A stretch of 64,000 bases of DNA, from assembly GCA_003427395.1 (NCBI GenBank), contig BFEA01000026.1, positions 5,113,860 to 5,177,859 on the forward strand, read 5' to 3'. The translations under genes and the position numbers were made by a program. Under the pieces are notes generated by a model. The model was not told the origin of the DNA and did no database searches. It saw only the letters and a list, made by a program, of their open reading frames with translations. This document shows positions 50,601 through 63,700 of the stretch, piece after piece (within the stretch, counting starts at the first letter, position 1; the number at the start of each line of letters is the position of its first letter). This stretch comes from Chara braunii (lineage: Eukaryota > Plantae > Charophyceae).

Positions 50601-52145
50601 GTAATATACTAATATCTCATCTGTCGGGATTCAAACTCATGACCTGTTCATTAAGAGGTACATGTGTATACTATTCAGCCACACGGGCTGAAGGAGAGGT
50701 AATATCGATCTATACAGATGTAATTTGATACATACCTCGCACTGGGAAAAAAAAAGGAGGTGGACCTCTGTTTTCTTGTTTGGAATAATTGTATCTAGCT
50801 GACTTCAATTCCTACCTGCACCGCCCCCCTCCCGCTTGTCATTCTGTTCATCTGATTGCGTCTGGATACGAACTTGGGTCTGTATTTCAACAGTTTGAGG
50901 GTGTACCGACTGAGCTAGGCCCGTCGGTGCCCGCTTGTCATTCTGAGCCAATCAAGCATTCCAATTTTTGCGGCTGGGTGAAGGAAGTGCAAAGGTAGGA
51001 AGATACTTCAGTCTTTCTGAGTCAACCATGGATTATATGTCTTTCCCTAGCAGGCTGTTGGTTGTAGGTACCTTAGGAGGTAACCCCTCTTAAGATCTCA
51101 GAGGCAATCAAGAGGCAAACTGGTTTGTTTCTATCACTGTGCCTAATGTCAGAAAGAAGACCAGGCCACATCTAAAATTTGAAGGAAAAAAACACTTCCA
51201 ACCTCAAACACCTCTCACCATGGAATGTGATGGATGGAACTCAGACACAGGAGACAGTGAGTTTCAGTATGTGCCAGTCTGGTGCTGGAATGTAAAGCCT
51301 CTCACAAGAGCATGAGGGGCTGATGGCATGCATCTGCATGCCACCGTCAGTGGTGTTAGCTGACTGATTGAGAGTAAATGTGGAATTACTAATTAGTCTT
51401 CCCATTGCAACTCCATCTGCATCAAAGATGTCGGGCATCTAGGAGTATTGTCTCCTTCTTCTTTATCGTCATCTTTGGTTCTCCTCCTCCTCCTCCTTTC
51501 ATGTGGCTCGTACTCCTCCTTGTTGAGCGTGCTGCTGCGTAGCCTACTTTGATTCACAGCACCCCTCCAACCTCGCTGTGCTATTGCTCCTCTGCCTCCT
51601 TCTCGTCCTCCTCGTCGTCCTCCTTTTCCTTCTCCTCCTCTGCCTCCTCCTCGTGGTCCTTCAGCTGTGGCAATTTGCCCACATAGCATCGGCCTGTGGT
51701 TTTCCACATCATCGTGCGACGTGCATGACACGATGGAAAAGTCATGGTGCTATTTTTAGCCTACTTGGAGCTTTGAGGCCCAGTCGGCTGACAGGGTGTC
51801 AAAGTTGATGTTGTGCTGGGAAAAGTCAAGGGACAATGCAAAATTCTGAGACCCGGAAACCCGACTGACCCACAATTTTTGGGCCTTAGAGATTGGCATA
51901 GTGATGCACGCTGTGCAGCGCCATCTAATTTCCAGACAGCATCAAAGATACAGGCCCCTGCAAGTATCAGGATCAGGCCGACCTGCCGGTAGTGCCAGGA
52001 GCATTTGCTGTTTTAAGACTTGAGGCCAGAGAATGATCCCGGGTGTCTGAACGAAACACAACAACATGAGATCGCGTGGGTCCACTGAGCATAATCGTGC
52101 CATGGTTGATTGTTCGGGACCGCTCGAGTCAATAGTAGTTCATAC

Positions 52146-52675
52146 CATGGTTACCGTCCGGACGTCCGGAACCCATTCCGGACCGTCCGCGTCTGGATGT
52201 CCGGGCAGACGTCTGGTCCGGTAGGTCCGGAATAAAAAATATATATATATATATATATATTTTTTTTTTTTGGGGGGGGGGGTTGGTTCGTTCATGGCCC
52301 ACATCCAAAAAAAATGTTTGGGGATTTTTTGACTATTTTCCGGCCCTTTCAGAAAGCCGAAGAGGACCGGGCTGAAACTGATTCTGATTGTGTGTGTGTG
52401 TGAGAGAGAGAGAGNNNNNNNNNNNNNNNNNNNNNNNNNNNNNNNNNNNNNNNNNNNNNNNNNNNNNNNNNNNNNNNNNNNNNNNNNNNNNNNNNNNNNN
52501 NNNNNNNNNNNNNNNNNNNNNNNNNNNNNNNNNNNNNNNNNNNNNNNNNNNNNNNNNNNNNNNNNNNNNNNNNNNNNNNNNNNNNNNNNNNNNNTTTTTT
52601 TTTGTCCGGAACTTTCCGGACGCAGGTCCGGCCGGACATCATGCTATGTCCGGGTCCGGGTCCGGGGTAACCATG
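52146..52675. mobile_element. hAT-type MITE (contains N gap)
   Basis: 8-bp TSD GTTCATAC (52138-52145 and 52676-52683); TIR CATGGTTACC/GGTAACCATG; TCCGG subterminal repeats. Confidence 0.9.
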
Positions 52676-53279
52676 GTTCATACATTGTACAGCCCCACGA
52701 ACCCTAGTGGCCCCACTGAGCAACAGAGTCTTCGTCAAAACCATCAGTACATAAGATTCCCTTTCGCCTTAGTGAAATAATTGACCCATCATCTAACCAC
52801 CAGATAGCTAATGACCATGGTGTAAGATGATTCAACCATCAACGTCGAATAGCTAATTTATTTTTGTCATGTTTTATTTTATGAATTTCAGTTAGTTGAG
52901 GGAGAGCATGACTTTGAAATAACAACGTATTTCGACTATAACCAGTTTTTTCAGAAGGTACTGAAGGTGATATTCTTGCAGTGCTCCATAAAAAATATTC
53001 TTCTTGAATTTGGCTATGTCGAGTAAAGAATCTTGCATTCTTATTGAATATTTTGAGCGAACCATTTACAAAGTTTACATTTGAAATCAGACTCAACTCA
53101 TCTCACTTCAGCATGCATGCAAACCGATGACGACTCAACTGGTGCAATTGCGGCCACACAAAGCTCAGAGATAAGACCGTGGCCAGGAACACAGATCAGA
53201 TTCAAACTTGTCTTGAATGGCTATGGCGCCTAGTGGCAGACAAAGATTCCCACCGGATCAACTGTATCCACCAGCAACT

Positions 53280-54020
53280 TGTTCGCACACACACATGCAC
53301 TCTCATACACTCACTAGGATCACCCTGAATGCCCCCCCCCCCCCCCCCCCCCCCCCCACGACACACTCCTACTACTACTAACCGACGTGGCGGCTATGGC
53401 CGCCGTCTCTCTCCTACTAACTCGCGGCTATGGCCGCTTCTTCCTCCTCTTAGCCCTCTTCTTCCTCGGGCACCTCAAGACCTCCAGTACACAAGACACT
53501 TGGACAGCACTTCTGCACGGCTCACAGGCAGAATGAATGAATGACTTAATGCTACCTCTTTATTTATACTTCGGATCGTCGGTGGTCTGGCCTCTGACCC
53601 TGGGCCCGGGATGTACACAGTCCGACATGGTACTTGCTGACTAGACTAAGTTAGACCGGGACTGGGCACCGCTGACTGGACGAAGTAGGACTGGGACTGC
53701 CCTTTGCTGACTGTGCTAGGACTGCCCCTCGCTGACTCAGCTGCGGACTGACTCCTACGCCCTACGAAGAGCCAGTGTAGACTAGTCTAGAAGGTCCTAG
53801 ACTTGACCTTTCGGAACTGTAGCAGCTATGATCTATATGAACCCTACGACTGCTAAAACTAAGGTCTACGGGTCAAACCCTCGCGACCACGCTATATACA
53901 ACAGCCGACCATACGACTTTCAGGGAACAGGACGTGGGTTCAAACACACAGGGTCAATGGGTGCTGTACAAGGGTAAGGGGGTAGGTCTAGGGATCGAGC
54001 CCTGGGATCTGCATCTGTCA
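53280..54020. mobile_element. Possible solo LTR or LTR fragment
   Basis: TG...CA candidate ends and GACTG/CTAG-rich composition like the solo LTR at 61128; no TSD found. Confidence 0.3.
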
Positions 54021-54555
54021 CCTGTTTAGGTGAAAACCGTTTCACATTGATCCAACAAAGATATTTGTGGGCCCACTGGGGGTACCCAAGGTGGGCCCAT
54101 GTGTCCTCAGCGGGCCCATAGAGGACAGTATGGCTGGGTAAACTTCATGAAACATGATGAAACCATAGAAGTGAATAATGCAATACCACCCGACCAATAG
54201 GTAGTCGATCGCTCCCCCTCTCCCACCCGTAAAAAAACAAAAAAAAACAAATGAAGTTTAGGAAACAAAAAAAGAATTAATTAATCACTGCCAAAAGCTG
54301 GCTATGACTGAGAATGTGGTACCTTCTGGTTTTCCTATGGACCCTGTTTGTTGATTCTGTGGGACTGTGGGACACAGTTGTTGGATATTGGATGGAGCAT
54401 ATTCCAAACTACAGAGGAAAACCAGGCCCAGATTTTAAGGCCATGAATGCAGCAGCTGTCAGACAGTGAGTGTGTCTCCACACCAAAGCCTTCTTTATCC
54501 TGACACCCCACCCCATCTGTACAATTATTAGTACGAGAGTAGTCAGCAAAGCCCA

Positions 54556-54630
54556 AGCGGGCTAGCTCAGTTGGTTTGAGCACGGAAGTGGTTTGCAGGA
54601 GGTCCTGGGTTCGATTCCCCACGTCGTCCA
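54556..54630 (+). pseudogene. tRNA-derived pseudogene or SINE head
   Basis: Box A TAGCTCAGTTGG (54563), box B GGTTCGATTCC (54608), ends TCCA; anticodon arm and acceptor stem do not fold properly. Confidence 0.7.
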
Positions 54631-55117
54631 TTCCATCCCCATGGCCTCCTGTGATGCGCTTCGGGTTCTCCAGCGGAGATAATTGGCTTGGGCCTCCTGG
54701 CTGGCTGGGAAGCGACCATTTGCGCCTTCCAGCTCGCGCCTGGTGTTAGAAGCTTGGGTGCTGCTCTCCGCACAGAGCAGATGTGGTTTCTTAACTTAGG
54801 AGAGATTTCCTGCCTTGGGCACTAAAAGAAAAGAAACTGTAGTGCATTGCTAAGCTGTGTGTAGGTAGGTAGGTAGTGGGAGATACATCGAGAGAAGAAT
54901 ATAGGTTACTTAAAAAAAAAAAAAAAAAAAAAAAACTAAATGGGGGCAATCTGGATGAAACTTCATGAAAGTGCATTGGAAAGCAAAGTCAGGATGTATT
55001 GCAGCAAACCTCTAACTGTTCTGAACTTACTGATATGAAAAAAGCATTGCCATTCTGGCTTTAATTGTTGGCCTTGGGGTTGACATTCAGCTTGATTATT
55101 AAGTCAATTAAGCTCGT

Positions 55118-55222
55118 TAAAAAGAATCAAAAGACACAAAAGCGATTAAACTCGTCAAAAGGAATCGAAAGACAGAAAAGCGATTAAACTCGTCAAAAGG
55201 AATTGAAAGACAGAAAAGCGGC
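55118..55222 (+). repeat. ~38-bp tandem repeat x3
   Basis: AAAAGGAATCGAAAGACAGAAAAGCGATTAAACTCGTC units. Confidence 0.8.
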
Positions 55223-55331
55223 TTGGAATTGATGTGTCAGTCCTGGGAGTGACTGGAATTTAAAGGAATGAAGTGGAAGTGACAGGTATGGGCTCTCAAA
55301 TGGATTGAGAATTCGAGAGGCAGCAGCAGCA

Positions 55332-55382
55332 CCCTTCGGGACATCTGTTAAATTTGGAACGATACAGAGAAGATCAGCATGG
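55332..55382 (+). pseudogene. U6 snRNA 5'-half fragment followed by an A tract
   Basis: CCCTTCGGGACATCTGTTAAATTTGGAACGATACAGAGAAGATCAGCATGG, then G and an A run. Confidence 0.88.
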
Positions 55383-55599
55383 GAAAAAAAAAAACAGAGA
55401 GAGATAGGCAGCGGCAGTTGTCTTGGTGTTGGGACAAAGGTGGGATGACCAACTGAACACCAGTTTGGGTCCAGTGCAAAAGATACCATGATGGGGGTCT
55501 ATTCTGCGAACCAGAAATCGGAAGATTAGAAGTTTACAGTGGTCAATAACTCATTTAGCAATGCTCTGGTCAATCTTTGGCCTTAAGCCAACAGTTTGC

Positions 55600-56245
55600 G
55601 AGGATGTGTGTACTCGGCATGCCCCTAAGAGGCCCCCGCTACAAGCAGAGTGCCCGCCCTAAGTGAAGGCGAGCCCTGTATCTCGAAGGGACCTGAATGT
55701 TGCAAAATTTCCGTGTCTTGGTGAGCGCCAGACAGTTGCTGCGCGCCAGTTGGTTACATGTGCCCTGTTCACGAGATCAGAATCTCCGTGAGCATTCCAG
55801 GCTCTTCAACTCTTGACTTGGAAGCTGGTCTCTCGGCCAATGGGAAATCAGGGCATACCTAGCTGGGCGCTGGGTGGCTGGGCGCGCCTAACTGCTGCGG
55901 GGCCCAGGCCACTGTCTGAAAGGGCCTGGGCGCAGACACTTTGGCCCAAAGGGAAGCTACTGGAAGCACGGGCCTCCCAGCGAAGCAGGCTGGAGGCCAG
56001 GCCGCTTTCCATATAGGAAAGAGCCTGGCCATGAAGGATTCATTCCGGCACTTCGCTGTGCAAGTGGCAGTGCTGCTGGAGCGATTGTCGTGCCAGCTTC
56101 TGCTTTGGTTCTCCTTCGGTGTGATATCAGTGCATTTCTGCTTTCTGGACAGCTTACAACTATCTGGCTTTCAGTGTGATTTTGCAATTTGGAATTCTGT
56201 CATTTGATTCATTTCGCTATTGCTCGTTTTCCTTGCAAGTGCGTT
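55600..56245 (+). mobile_element. Diverged LTR fragment related, in inverted orientation, to the gypsy 3' LTR
   Basis: GTGCCCGCCCTAAGTGAAGGCG and CAGACAGTTGC.GC.CGCCAGTTGGTT match the reverse complement of ~57995-58097. Confidence 0.55.
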
Positions 56246-56249
56246 TCCC

Positions 56250-57062
56250 AGCCATTCTTTTTCGATGCGGCTGTTCACGCACCGCGACTTTCGGGGCACG
56301 GCCTACCAGGAGCTAAAGGGCCGGCGGCGCCAGCCAAAGAAGAAAGCGTGCCGGTTCTTTTTTTTTTTTATGCGCAGGGTGTTTCTAGGCTCAGCAAGGG
56401 AAGGGTCATAAGTACTGGTGGTTTAACAAGCACAGGAGTAAGGATCTAAACCACCACTACCTCCGACCATGTTTTTGCCGACCCTGAATTTCACTGCGCA
56501 CCGAGTTTTGCCGAGCCTGGGTTCCGATGCATTTTCTTTTCTCTTCATCGGCCAAAACATCGCCTATGTGAATTTTCTTGTGTTTATTCTTCTTCTTCTT
56601 TTTCCATCATCTGCTTCTCTGCTCCTCCATCTTCTTGTTTTTTAGTTCATGCGTGAAGTGTGCGAGTGTCCTGTCTGGATAGTGCGCATTGGGTATCGGG
56701 GGCATTGCATTTGAGCTGCAGTACGCGATGTGCAGTAGATAGAACTCTTTGTTGCATGCAGGTGCAGCCTGCCTCAAATCCTCACCCTATTGTTATCATC
56801 ATTCGGTTGCAGTTTGGAGCTGAGGCGTGTCAGCCAGGCACGTTTCGCCATTTGACCAGACGATGAGGGCTCCAACATTTTTTGTTTCCCTTGTAGCTCT
56901 ACGAAGGCTTCGCTTGGCTTAAACCGCCAGTCCACGGCCCCTGCCGTTTATAAAACCGCAAGTCGTCGACTCCAAAATTTTTGAGGTTCCATGCTACTGC
57001 ACCACAATGGCTGGCAGCGCCAGCCAAAGCGAAGAAAAAGTGGGCCGCTCGCGTTTTGGCAA
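56250..57062. mobile_element. Cluster of TTAA-bounded element pieces
   Basis: GTACTGGTGGTTTAA (56412), TAAACCACCACTAC (56447) and TTAAACCGCCAGTCC (~56919); homology to 17658-17735. Confidence 0.5.
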
Positions 57063-57069
57063 AACTTGG

Positions 57070-58159
57070 TGTGCAGTGTGCAAGGAATATGAGCGAGAGC
57101 GGTAGACAGAAAACCAAGTTGCAAAATCACGAAGTAGCTCAGATAGTCATGTGCCAAGCAGAGAGCACAATGCACCAAGATACCGTCCAAATAAGAGCAA
57201 TACAATGAACTTGTATGTCAATGTTGCCACTCTCTGGTCACACCAACACAGTATCTAATGTCGCTCCTACTATCTGCCGCCCAGCGCCCAGCCTACTCTA
57301 CTCAGCCTATCTACACCTATCTACGTTCTTGCAACCAGGTCACATTGCAGCTGAAGACCAATGTACGTGATGTCATCACCAATGCTGATCCCCAGCATAC
57401 ACCAGGTACATTCTCTCTCTTCCCCTCATCACCCGTTGACTCCCTCTGCATGCGCCTCGTACCCGAAGACCACCATCGCCGTCACCTGCATCCGCACGCG
57501 CTACCCGACTATGGCTGCCGTGCGTCCACTGCAACCGCAGTGCCCTCTTACCTCTCAGTGCCCGTATGCGCCCCAGCCTGCCAGCGCTAAGCAGCGCTCA
57601 TCTGACAATGCAGCAGCGTGGCTGCACTGCCTTGGCAGGCCAGAATGCCGTGCCCAGGGGCCACACACTTTCTTTTATGGAAAGTGTGCCCGCTGCTGGC
57701 TGGCCTGGCCAGGCGTGTAGGGACCCAGTAGCTTCAGTCTGGCCCCAAGTGTCTGCGCCCAGGCCCAGTTTCAGATACTGGGCTAGGCCTTGTGCAGTTA
57801 GGTACGTTCAGGCAGCCACCCAGCATCCAGGCGTTTGCAGCATTCTCATTGGTTCACGGTGCATGTGTGACGACAATGCTGCTTTCTCATTGGCACGCGG
57901 CCAGTCCATGATGTGTCGGCCTCACAGAGAATGTGCCCAGGGCACAACCGCCTGAGCCGTGGGCTCAACTGTACAGTGCAGCCCTTGCTTCTGGAACCAA
58001 CTGGCGTGCTGCAACTGTCTGATACCCCACTTATGGAAAATGTCGAAAGTAGGCCTCATGTGGATATTCAGGCCCGCCTTCACTTAGGGCGGGCACGAGA
58101 TTGCAGGGGGCTGCAGCCCAGAACACTTGCATGTCTGATAAGAGGCCCGCGAGGGCTCA
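57070..58159 (-). repeat. 3' LTR of the Ty3/gypsy element (left boundary approximate)
   Basis: On the minus strand a polypurine tract (rc of 58160-58181) directly precedes TGAGCCCTC at 58159. Confidence 0.55.
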
Positions 58160-58207
58160 TTCCTCTCATTCCATCCACCTTAGCTTCGAAAGTCCGCTGA
58201 GATGTGT

Positions 58208-61200
58208 CTACGCAGGTGCTTTCCCCTTCAGTCTTTGTTCGTACTCAGCCACGATCTGAGGTGCTGTTTTGACGAGCTCCTCTCTTGTGAACCAACGATC
58301 TTCCTTTGGATCCGTATGATGCCTGAATCTGACCCAGTAGTCCCTCATAGGTTTGGGCGGTCTTCCCCTGCCCACAGGCTTGGGAACAGGCAAATCTCTA
58401 TGTTCCAAAATGCCGTCGACGTCCGCATGGCCATCCATGGTTGGGGGCAGCATTGACCTTCTTGATGGGAACAGATCTGTCTCAGCGAAAGTTGCAAGCT
58501 TGGAAGTGTGAAACATAGGGTAAGTGCGCAGATGACCAAGGATTCTTATGACGTACGAGGGACCATCTAGATCACTACCCACAATATCTAGGACTTCCCA
58601 AGGACCAAAGTACTGTGGCATTAGCTTTCTAGAGATACCGAATTCCAGTCCCAGTTCACTAGCCTTTACCCAGACACGTTCCTCTACCTGAAATGTGAAC
58701 TGTTGTCTGTGGTTGTTCTTAGAGTCAATCATTGCCTCTTGAGATTTTCTGATGTGCTCGACAGCCTGCTGCAACAATTTCTCATACTGGACACCAAATT
58801 CTATGGTTCTAAGCATTGCAGTCGGTCGGTTTTCAGGAAGAAGGAAGTCTAGTGCAGTTTTAGGCTTCCACCCCAAATGCACCTGATTGGGACCGGCGTC
58901 GTTGGTGCTATGTACAGCATTATTGTACAGACTGGCGATGAGAGGAAGTTTCTCATCCCAGTCATTCCGACTGGGCTTGATGTAATGCCTCAACAGATGT
59001 TGCACTGCACTTCATCTGTTCCGCTTGGCTGTTGGCTTTGGGATGATTCCCTGAAGTCGTTTGAAGTTGACTACCCATCTGTTCAGCGGCTTTCCTCCAC
59101 ATCTCACTTGTGAACCAGACATCTCTATCCCTAACGATGGTCTTAGGCAGTCCAAAGTAACGCACCCAGTTACCCATAAATAACTTGATGACGTTTTCGG
59201 TCTTGGCCGTCTCTGGCATGGCAATTAATCTAGCGTACTTAGTGAACCTGTCCACTATAACGAAGATATGTCGCTTAAGAGACTTGCTGGTTACGAGAGT
59301 GTCCATGAAATCCATGGAAACGCTTTGTCCCGGACCCGCAGGAATGGGCAAGGGCTTGCGTAACCCAAGCGGAGCTTGAGTTCGCGGCTTGTCCCGCTGA
59401 TAGACTTGACAAGTTTGGACGTACTTCTTTGCATCATCTAGCATACTAGGCCAACAAAAACGCTGCACTAGTCTTCTTGTAGCCGAAGTGCCCAGTCGCG
59501 TCATGACACTAGCCTAAAGGTGAACTACGCAAAAGCTCACTACACGGCATACAATCTTTTGAACCCTGCCTTTTCAAGGAAGAGTAATCCATCCACCATT
59601 ACAAACTCGTCAGGCGTTGCTTTGTCTTTCGCATCTAGTTTGCATATGATGTCCATCATGAGGGGATCTTCCTTGTAGGCATCCACCATCGATCGAGTTA
59701 CTTCATCAAATAGGCCAAACTCAGTAATCAGCGCACCTAGGTAGTTTGCCCTATGTGACAATGCACCAGCAACCTTGTTGTACTCTCCATTCACATAATC
59801 TCGCTTGAAGTCATATTGATCTATGACTTCAATCCAACGTTTTAGTGCATCGGAGAGAACAAGCTGCGTCTTAATCCACTTGAGTGTCTGATGGTCGGTC
59901 CTTAAGTAAAAGAACCTACCAAGCAGATAATGCCTCCAATGGACAAGAGCTTTGTAACGGGAGTAGAGTTCCCTTTCATAGGTGGACTTCGCCAGCTTCT
60001 CAGATGGCATCTTCTTACTCATGTACTCGATCGGCCTCAACTTCTTCCCTTCCTGTTGGGGCAGCACTACGCCAATGCCATATTGGCTTGCATCAGTGGT
60101 CAGGACGAATGGCCTCTCCAGATCGGGGACCATAAGAATCTCATGATGTGTGAGGGTGTACTTCAATCTTTTGAAAGCAACCTCACACTTGTCTGTCGAT
60201 TCCCATGGTGTGTCAAGGCGGGTTAGATCAGTCAAAGGGGCTGCCACCGTACTATAGTTCTTAACAAGTTGCGGTAGTAGCCAGCCATCCCTAAGAATGA
60301 TTTGACCTTAGTCACAGACTGGGGTCGTGGCCAGTCACGAATGCTAGCCACCTTTGCATCTTCGGGCCTTATCCCTTCCGCGGATATCTCATGACCCAAG
60401 TACAAGATTTTAGTGCGACCGAACTCGCATTTCTCTAAATTGATCTTATACTTGTGTTGTCGCATGAGTGAGAGTGCAGTTTGTACACACTGACATGTTC
60501 CTTGACTGTCCTATTGAAAATCAGAATATCGTCGAGGTACACGACGATGAACTTATCCAAGTAGTCATAAAACCTCCTATTCATGGCATGCTGAAATGTA
60601 CTCGGCCCATTGCAAAGGCCAAAAGGCGTCACCACAGATTCGTACAGACTGTACCTGGTCTGAAATGCGATTTTATGTTGATCCTCGTCTAATGGCAATT
60701 GATGGTAGCCGCGCTTTAAGTCTATCTTTGTAAAGTACTTACATCCCTGCACCCTATCCAACAGGTCGTCGATGCGGGGTAGAAGCTCTGCGTTCTTAAC
60801 GGTGATAGCATTGAGGCCTTTATAATCAATGCACATCCTTAATGATCCCCCCTTCTTCGAAACGAATAGTATTGTGGGGGAAGTACTAGGTCGAATCCAA
60901 CCCTTCTTTGTGAGCTCTTTCAGTTGCCGATGAAGCTTGTTCCAACCCTTCTCTGTGAGCTCTTTCAGTTGCTGACGAAGCTCGTCCAACAGCCGGAGCC
61001 ATCATGTAGATCCTCCGCTTTGGTGTTTTACTACTTGGGATTACCTCTATGGCGTGGACAACCTCACTGTCGACGACTCCCGAAGGCTCCTCAAACAGAT
61101 CAGGGTACTTAGCAACGACCGTTTCTATGTGGCATACTGATACCACACGGGCCCCAGTTAGGGCCCGGTTCTGTAGTAGGCACGGTTAGGCCTAGTGACC

Positions 61201-63700
61201 AGGTCACCACGGTCCCAGTTAGGTCTAGGTAGGCCTGGGACCCGTCGGTTCAGTTTAGGGTCCGGTAGGCCTCGTTTAGACCCCACCAGACCCAACGGCT
61301 AGTTGGCTAGGCCAGGTACTAGGTCCGTCGGTAGGACCGGCTGGCGGCGCAGTTTTGGCACCACTTTTCAGATTCCGAAATCGGATCTAAACCGTTGGGC
61401 CTGATCAACGGTCCAGACCCGAAGGCCCCCAGTAGGACTGAGGCCGACCCAACACTATATCAGCTGAGTACCAGCCTCAGTTGGCAGGTTAGTAGTAGAC
61501 AAAAGGTTAGTCTTCGAGATTGGCGCAGCGCTGCAACGTTACCATGAGCAGCGAGGAGAGGAGGAGCCCAGCGGCAGAGAGGAACTAGTGCAGCATTGGG
61601 GGCAGCGTCAGTTCCTGGGTTCTCAGTCTAAGTCTACTCCTGGGGTCTCCTACGGGACTACTACAAGTATGAAGGATTGGTTACAAATTCTGATGATATT
61701 GGAGACAGCGACATTGGGACTGTAGGTTGAGGACTACTCTTGGGATTTGATTTCATCTTCCTCTGAAGATGTACTTGACATTGTGAGATCGATGTCTAAG
61801 ACATTGTGAGACACTGTGTTCACGACATTTGGGATTTTCGCTACCTCTGACGTTTCAAGATACTATCTTTGGAAACATTGAGTTGACGTCATCTTCCCTC
61901 TCCTCCTCCCTTCGTCTCTCCTCCCTCCATTCGTCCGTGTATGATCTCAGACCCTGGCCTTTCTTCTATGTCCAAGGCCAGGGCTTTCNCACCACTGATG
62001 CATGATTGAGGGTGTTCAATTGCAGTCTGAGTCAGGTCGGAGTCAGTCCATGGGTATCAACTCTTCCGCTGTATTTGTATTAACTTTGTATTATCTGGTC
62101 GGTTCTGGGAATCTGCGCCATACTTATGACTGTGTTTCACGGGTATCTAACATTCTATCTCTGGGGGTGATTTAATGGCCTCCTCTTTCACAGAGATGAA
62201 AACGAGGTTTTTGACGTCGGGGGAGGTGGTGGTTTAATGGCCTCCTCTTTCATAGAGATGAAAACTAAGTACATAACCTCCTCTTGGTTCTGTTCATAAT
62301 AGTTATAGAACGCAGCTGCACACATGCACCCATAGGAGTCAACTAACCTGCTAGCGCTATACTTAGCTAGTCTAACGGTCCTCCCATCAGGCAACACATG
62401 CTTGAGCACTCTCCGATCGAAATCAAACTGGGGCTTGGCAACCTCGAAGTACTACATACCTAGCAGCATGTCAAATGGCAAGTCGTCGCTAATTAGGAAC
62501 GAAATCTGATGATTAAGTTCCCCTCCTCCAAAGGAGAAGGTGCATACCATGTCCTTGACATGGTTTTTGACCAACATGCACTCTTTGTTGGCTAGAGTAG
62601 ATGCTACAAGTCTACTCAAGCGTTGCACCCGCCCCCCTAGGCGAAGTCTCTTAATGCAATTGCGACTTATGAAGTTCCTCGTGGAGCCAATGTCTACGAA
62701 GGCACCACACTTGCGGCCACCTACACCGATTTCCACAACGAAATGCTCCCCTTTAGGACCTCTTGACAGTGCCACCCAAGACTCCCGAGGATCCCTTGCC
62801 GACCACTCGGTTTCTAAGTCTTCTAAGGCTTCAGATACATCTAACGAACAGAGTGTCGTTAGGTCCAAATGCATGTGGGGTGACTAATGAGTCAATAGCT
62901 TGGGCCAACTCCTGAAGTGGTGAGGGTTCATCAACCACGTCAGCATGAGTAGAAGAAGCTACAACTTCTACTGGCCAAATATGTTTCCTTGGTTTGTGCT
63001 CGTAGAAGCACCACTCTGGGCGAAAGATCCCCCAAAACCACCTTTGGGCGGAGTCTTCTGAGAGACCTTTGTGTTCTTGCACTTAAACTGATGATGGCCA
63101 TAGTCGCCGCAGTTTAGGCAAGCTCTTCGTGAATAACGGTCCCTCCACACATCTTGTTTTAGACCAGCTTTCACCCAAGCCGGAATCTTGGTTGAGTTTT
63201 GGACCTGCCCCTGACTCTTTTGCTGACCGCCCTTGCCGCGGCCAGCCGCCTTTCCTTTGGTTATGGCAGCGAGGTTGCCACCCTTTGCACTCTCCTCACT
63301 GCCTATCTCTGTTTCCTCCGCAAGATCATAAAGATCATCGATCTCGTCTTGATTCCTATCAGAATCAACCTTCATCAACCGACAACCCTTCTTCTTTCAT
63401 TCTTGTGGGGCCTTCTTCTTCCTCCCGTCCATAGCAGGTTGCTGTGCTCCTCCTAGCTTAGCCTCTAAGTCCAAGGCCTTCTTGCTCAAGGAGTCTAGAG
63501 TGTGATAATCCATGCTTGCTTCACTAACCATCAAGTTCTTGATGTCTATGGGAAGATATCTCAGATACATGGTCAGTAGGACCTGTGGATCATAGCGGAC
63601 ATCAGGGACAACTATGAGTTTCTCCACGGCAGAGCTGAATTCTCGCGCGGACTGGTACTTTCTAGTATCAAGTCGGGCCAATGTATGGGTTTGTGCCCAG
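58208..63700 (-). mobile_element. Decayed chromodomain-bearing Ty3/gypsy LTR retrotransposon (gag-pol pseudogene)
   Basis: Gag zinc knuckle CLNCGDYGHHQFKC; protease FVDIGSTRNFIS; RT RMCIDYKGLN / PFGLCN / YLDD; RNase H TDASQYGIG; integrase SMDFM / VDRFTK / YFGPW; C-terminal chromo-like VDGILEHR...YWVRF...DRW. Many frameshifts. Confidence 0.93.
61128..62152. mobile_element. Solo LTR nested in the gypsy pol
   Basis: TGT...ACA ends; 5-bp TSD TTCTA (61123-61127 and 62153-62157); removing it restores PPEIETVVAKY. Confidence 0.9.

Noticed and set aside
54556-54630. Functional tRNA gene
   Set aside because: Acceptor and anticodon stems do not pair; only the A and B boxes and T arm are retained.
50601-58200. 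Third CFAP77 exon
   Set aside because: No AG-bounded segment encoding the expected V...W continuation was found by eye.
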